Source: Mobula hypostoma (taxonomy: Eukaryota). Taken from it: a DNA stretch of 64,000 nt. Below, piece after piece: positions 61,230-64,000 of this stretch (positions within the stretch are counted from its first letter, which is position 1; each line of letters begins with the position of its first letter). Location: assembly GCF_963921235.1 (NCBI RefSeq), contig NC_086107.1, positions 94,984,001-95,048,000 of the forward strand, read 5' to 3'. Under the pieces are notes generated by a model. That model worked only from the letters and a program-made list of their open reading frames with translations, made no database searches and was not told where the DNA came from. Position numbers and translations under genes: made by a program.

Positions 61230-64000
61230 CCCTGCAATGTGCCTCTGAGCAATGTGCTTTAAAATCAACTTAATGATCTACAGATTTCATGAAAGTCTCA
61301 GCAGACCAGGCAAGCACAGCACTTTTAAATGGACACAGGTTCACCGCCATGGCTGGCGGGGGGGTGGAGGGTGGGGGGGAAGGACTCCGAACTGGGCTGA
61401 AACGCAGAGGAATGAGGTCCCCTGGATCCAGCATCTCAGCAAATGTGTAGTCGCTGGAGAACAAAACTGAGGACCTGATGGCAAGATTGCTGCGTCGGAG
61501 GGAAATGAGAGACTGTTGTATTCTGTGTCTGAGTGATTCATGGCTATCTCCTAGCACACCAGGTTCAGCGATCAAACTAGGAGGCTTGTCGATTTTCCAT
61601 ATGGACTGCAATGCTGATTCGGAAAAGGTAAAAGGTGGAGGTGTGTGCTCCGATGTGGTGGTTTTGTCGAACACCTAACGGTCAAATGCTGTCTATTCTA
61701 TTTACCCTGGGAGTTCTCCTCCATAATCCTGACCGCTGTTGACATACCACCAGTGGCTGACTATAATCAAGTGCGTGATGCATCTCCAAACGAGAAACAG
61801 TCCATCCCTACACATTTCAAATCATAGTCAGGGACTTCAGCCGGATCCCTGCCCAGTCACCATCAGCATATAACCTATAGCACACACTAGATCACTGTTA
61901 TACTAAGATACAGAATGCCTACCTTTCCATGCCCAGACTGCATTTCGGTAAATTGGATCACTTGGTTGTCCTTCTACCTGCATATAGGCAGTCGCTAAAG
62001 AGCAAGGCTCTGGGGATCAGGACGAGGAAGAGGTGGTCATGAGAGGCCGAGGAGCAACTAGGGATTGTTTCGAGTCGGTGGACAGGGCCGTGTTGAAGGA
62101 CTCACCTGTCGATCTGAATGAATGCACCATGGTTGTAATGGACTTCTATTAAAACAGTTGTAGATGAGTGTGCCCCCACAATATCGTTCAGCATCTACCC
62201 CAATCAAAAGTCCTGGAGGAACTATGAGATGCACAATCTGCTGAGGGTCAGATCAGAGACATTCGAGTAAGATGACCAAGAAAGTTATAAGAGGTCCAGG
62301 TATGATCTCCAGAAAGCCATCTCAAGGGCAAAGTGGCAATTTCGGACTGAACCTGAATCAACAAAGGATGCTCAACAGTTGTACCGGGGCTTGAATGCTA
62401 TCATCTCTTATAAAGTTAAGTCAAGTGATATAGATGATGGCTGGCCTTCGTTTCCAGATGAGCTCAATGCCTTTGACTGTCAAAACATGGATGAACCATC
62501 ACAAGGTCCCGCAGCCCCCAATAATCCTATGATTTCAGTCTCAGGACTCAGGAGAGTGAACCCATGGGAGGCATCCAGCCCAGGCGGGATAACCGGCCAA
62601 GTACTCAAGACCTACACTGATAACTGACTGGAGTGTTCACTGAGATCTTTAACCTCTCGCTTTGATGGTCTGAGGTACTCATCTGCTTCAAGCAGGCTTC
62701 AGTTACACTGGTGCCCAAGAGGAACGTCACTTACATCCACAGTGACGGAAGTGTTTTGAGAGGTTGGTAATGAAACTTATCAACCCCTGCCTGAAAAATG
62801 ACTGAGATCTGCTCCAATTTCCCTATCGAGCAACAGGTCCACAGCAGATACCATCTCGTTTGTTCTTCACCCAAGTCTAGAACATCTGGACAAAAAAGAT
62901 AATACATCGGGATGCTGTTATCGACTACAGCTCAGCATTCAATATCATCATCCCCTCAAAATTATTCATTTAGCTTCTAGACCTTGGACTCAATTTCTCC
63001 TTGTGCAGTTGGATTCTGGATTTCCTCACTTGCAGAAACCAGTCAGTTCAGATTGGCAACACTATCTCCTCCACGATCTCCATCAGCACAGGTGTAACAC
63101 AAGGCTCTGTGCTTAGCCCCCTGCTCTGTTCACTTTAAACTGTCTAGCTCAGCACAGCTCCAGTGCTGTATTTAAGTTTGCTGACAACACCACTGTTGTA
63201 GACCGAATCAAAGGTGGTGATGAATCAGCATATAGGAAGGAGATTGAAAATCTGGCTGAGTGGTGCCATGACAGCAACCTCTCACTCAATGTCAGCAAGA
63301 CCAAGGAGCTGATTATTGACTTCAGGAGGAGGAATCCAGAGGTCCATGAGCCAGTCCTCATCAGAGGTGGAAAGAGTTAGCACCTTTAAATTCCTTGGTA
63401 TTATTTTGGAGGAACTGTCCTGGGCCCAGCACATAAGAGTAATTATGAGAAAGCACGGCAGAACCTCTACTTTAAGAGTTTGCAAAGATTCAGCATGACA
63501 TCTACAACTTCGGCAAACTTTTATGGATGAGTAGTGGAGAGTGTTGGCGCGTGGCCAAGTGGTTAAGGCATTCGTCTAGTGATTTGAAGGTCGCTAGTTC
63601 GAGCCTAGGCTGAGGCAGCGTGTTGTGTCCTTGAGCAAGGCACTTAACCACACACTGCTCTGTGACAACACCTGTGCCAAGCTGTATGGGTCCTAATGCC
63701 CTTCCCTTGGACAACATCGGCGGTGTGGAGAGGGGAGACTTGCAGCATGGGCAACTGCTGGTCTTCCATACAACCTTGCCCAGGCCTGCGCCCTGGAAAC
63801 CTTCCAAGGCACAAATCCATGGTCTCACGAGACTAATGGATGCCTATATAAAGTGGAGAGTATATTGATTGGCTGCATCACCTGATATAGAAACACCAAT
63901 ACTCTTGAATGGAAAAATCTTACAAAAAGTAGTGGATACGGCCCAGTCCATCATGGGTAAAGCTCTCCCCACCATTGAACACATCTACGTGAAACACTAT
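61230..64000 (+). mobile_element. Degenerate Rex1/Babar-type LINE (EN+RT) in PELO intron 4
   Basis: RDCCILCLSDSWL, KGGGVC, FPDELNAF, FKFADNTTVV, VERVSTFKFLG. Confidence 0.88.
63543..63851 (+). mobile_element. tRNA-headed SINE with 10-bp TSD
   Basis: A box tggccaagtgg, B box gttcgagcc, gtgtccttgagcaaggcacttaacc core. TSD agtggagagt at 63533-63542 and 63852-63861. Confidence 0.92.

Noticed and set aside
63640-63740. Twister ribozyme in the SINE body (GGGTCCTAATGCCC...GGAGAGGG)
   Set aside because: P1 and the cleavage-site geometry do not assemble, and the homologous segments at ~9480 and ~10590 lack the L4 motif.

Overview
This is vertebrate genomic DNA, most likely a cartilaginous fish such as a ray. 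That is inferred from the CR1, Rex1/Babar, Penelope, Tx1 and tRNA-SINE repertoire. Three host genes can be supported. (1) An unidentified minus-strand gene has a giant coding exon of more than 4.3 kb (4315 to beyond base 1) encoding an acidic tandem-repeat protein. The ORF track misses it because no stop codon falls inside the window. Candidate upstream exons are at 21422-21498, 19257-19352 and about 13737-13860. (2) A divergent claudin with a single coding exon lies at 45052-45714 (minus). (3) The first four coding exons of an intron-rich pelota (PELO) gene lie at 53447-60168 (plus), with a CpG-rich promoter carrying YY1 and CRE motifs. The rest is largely repeats: a 5.2-kb 40-bp minisatellite, a 1.9-kb 52-bp minisatellite with dispersed relatives, a ~15-kb nested transposon stack (hAT, Penelope, Tx1, Gypsy, CR1) inside a 52-bp array, Tc1/Tigger elements, SINEs and many LINE fragments. 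Most short ORFs in the track are antisense shadows, repeat artefacts or TE remnants. I found no unequivocal new multi-gene system. The best leads are the giant repeat exon, its satellite-flanked upstream exons, the 52-bp repeat acting as a TE sink and splice-donor neighbour, chimeric MITEs, and RTE-related SINE bodies.
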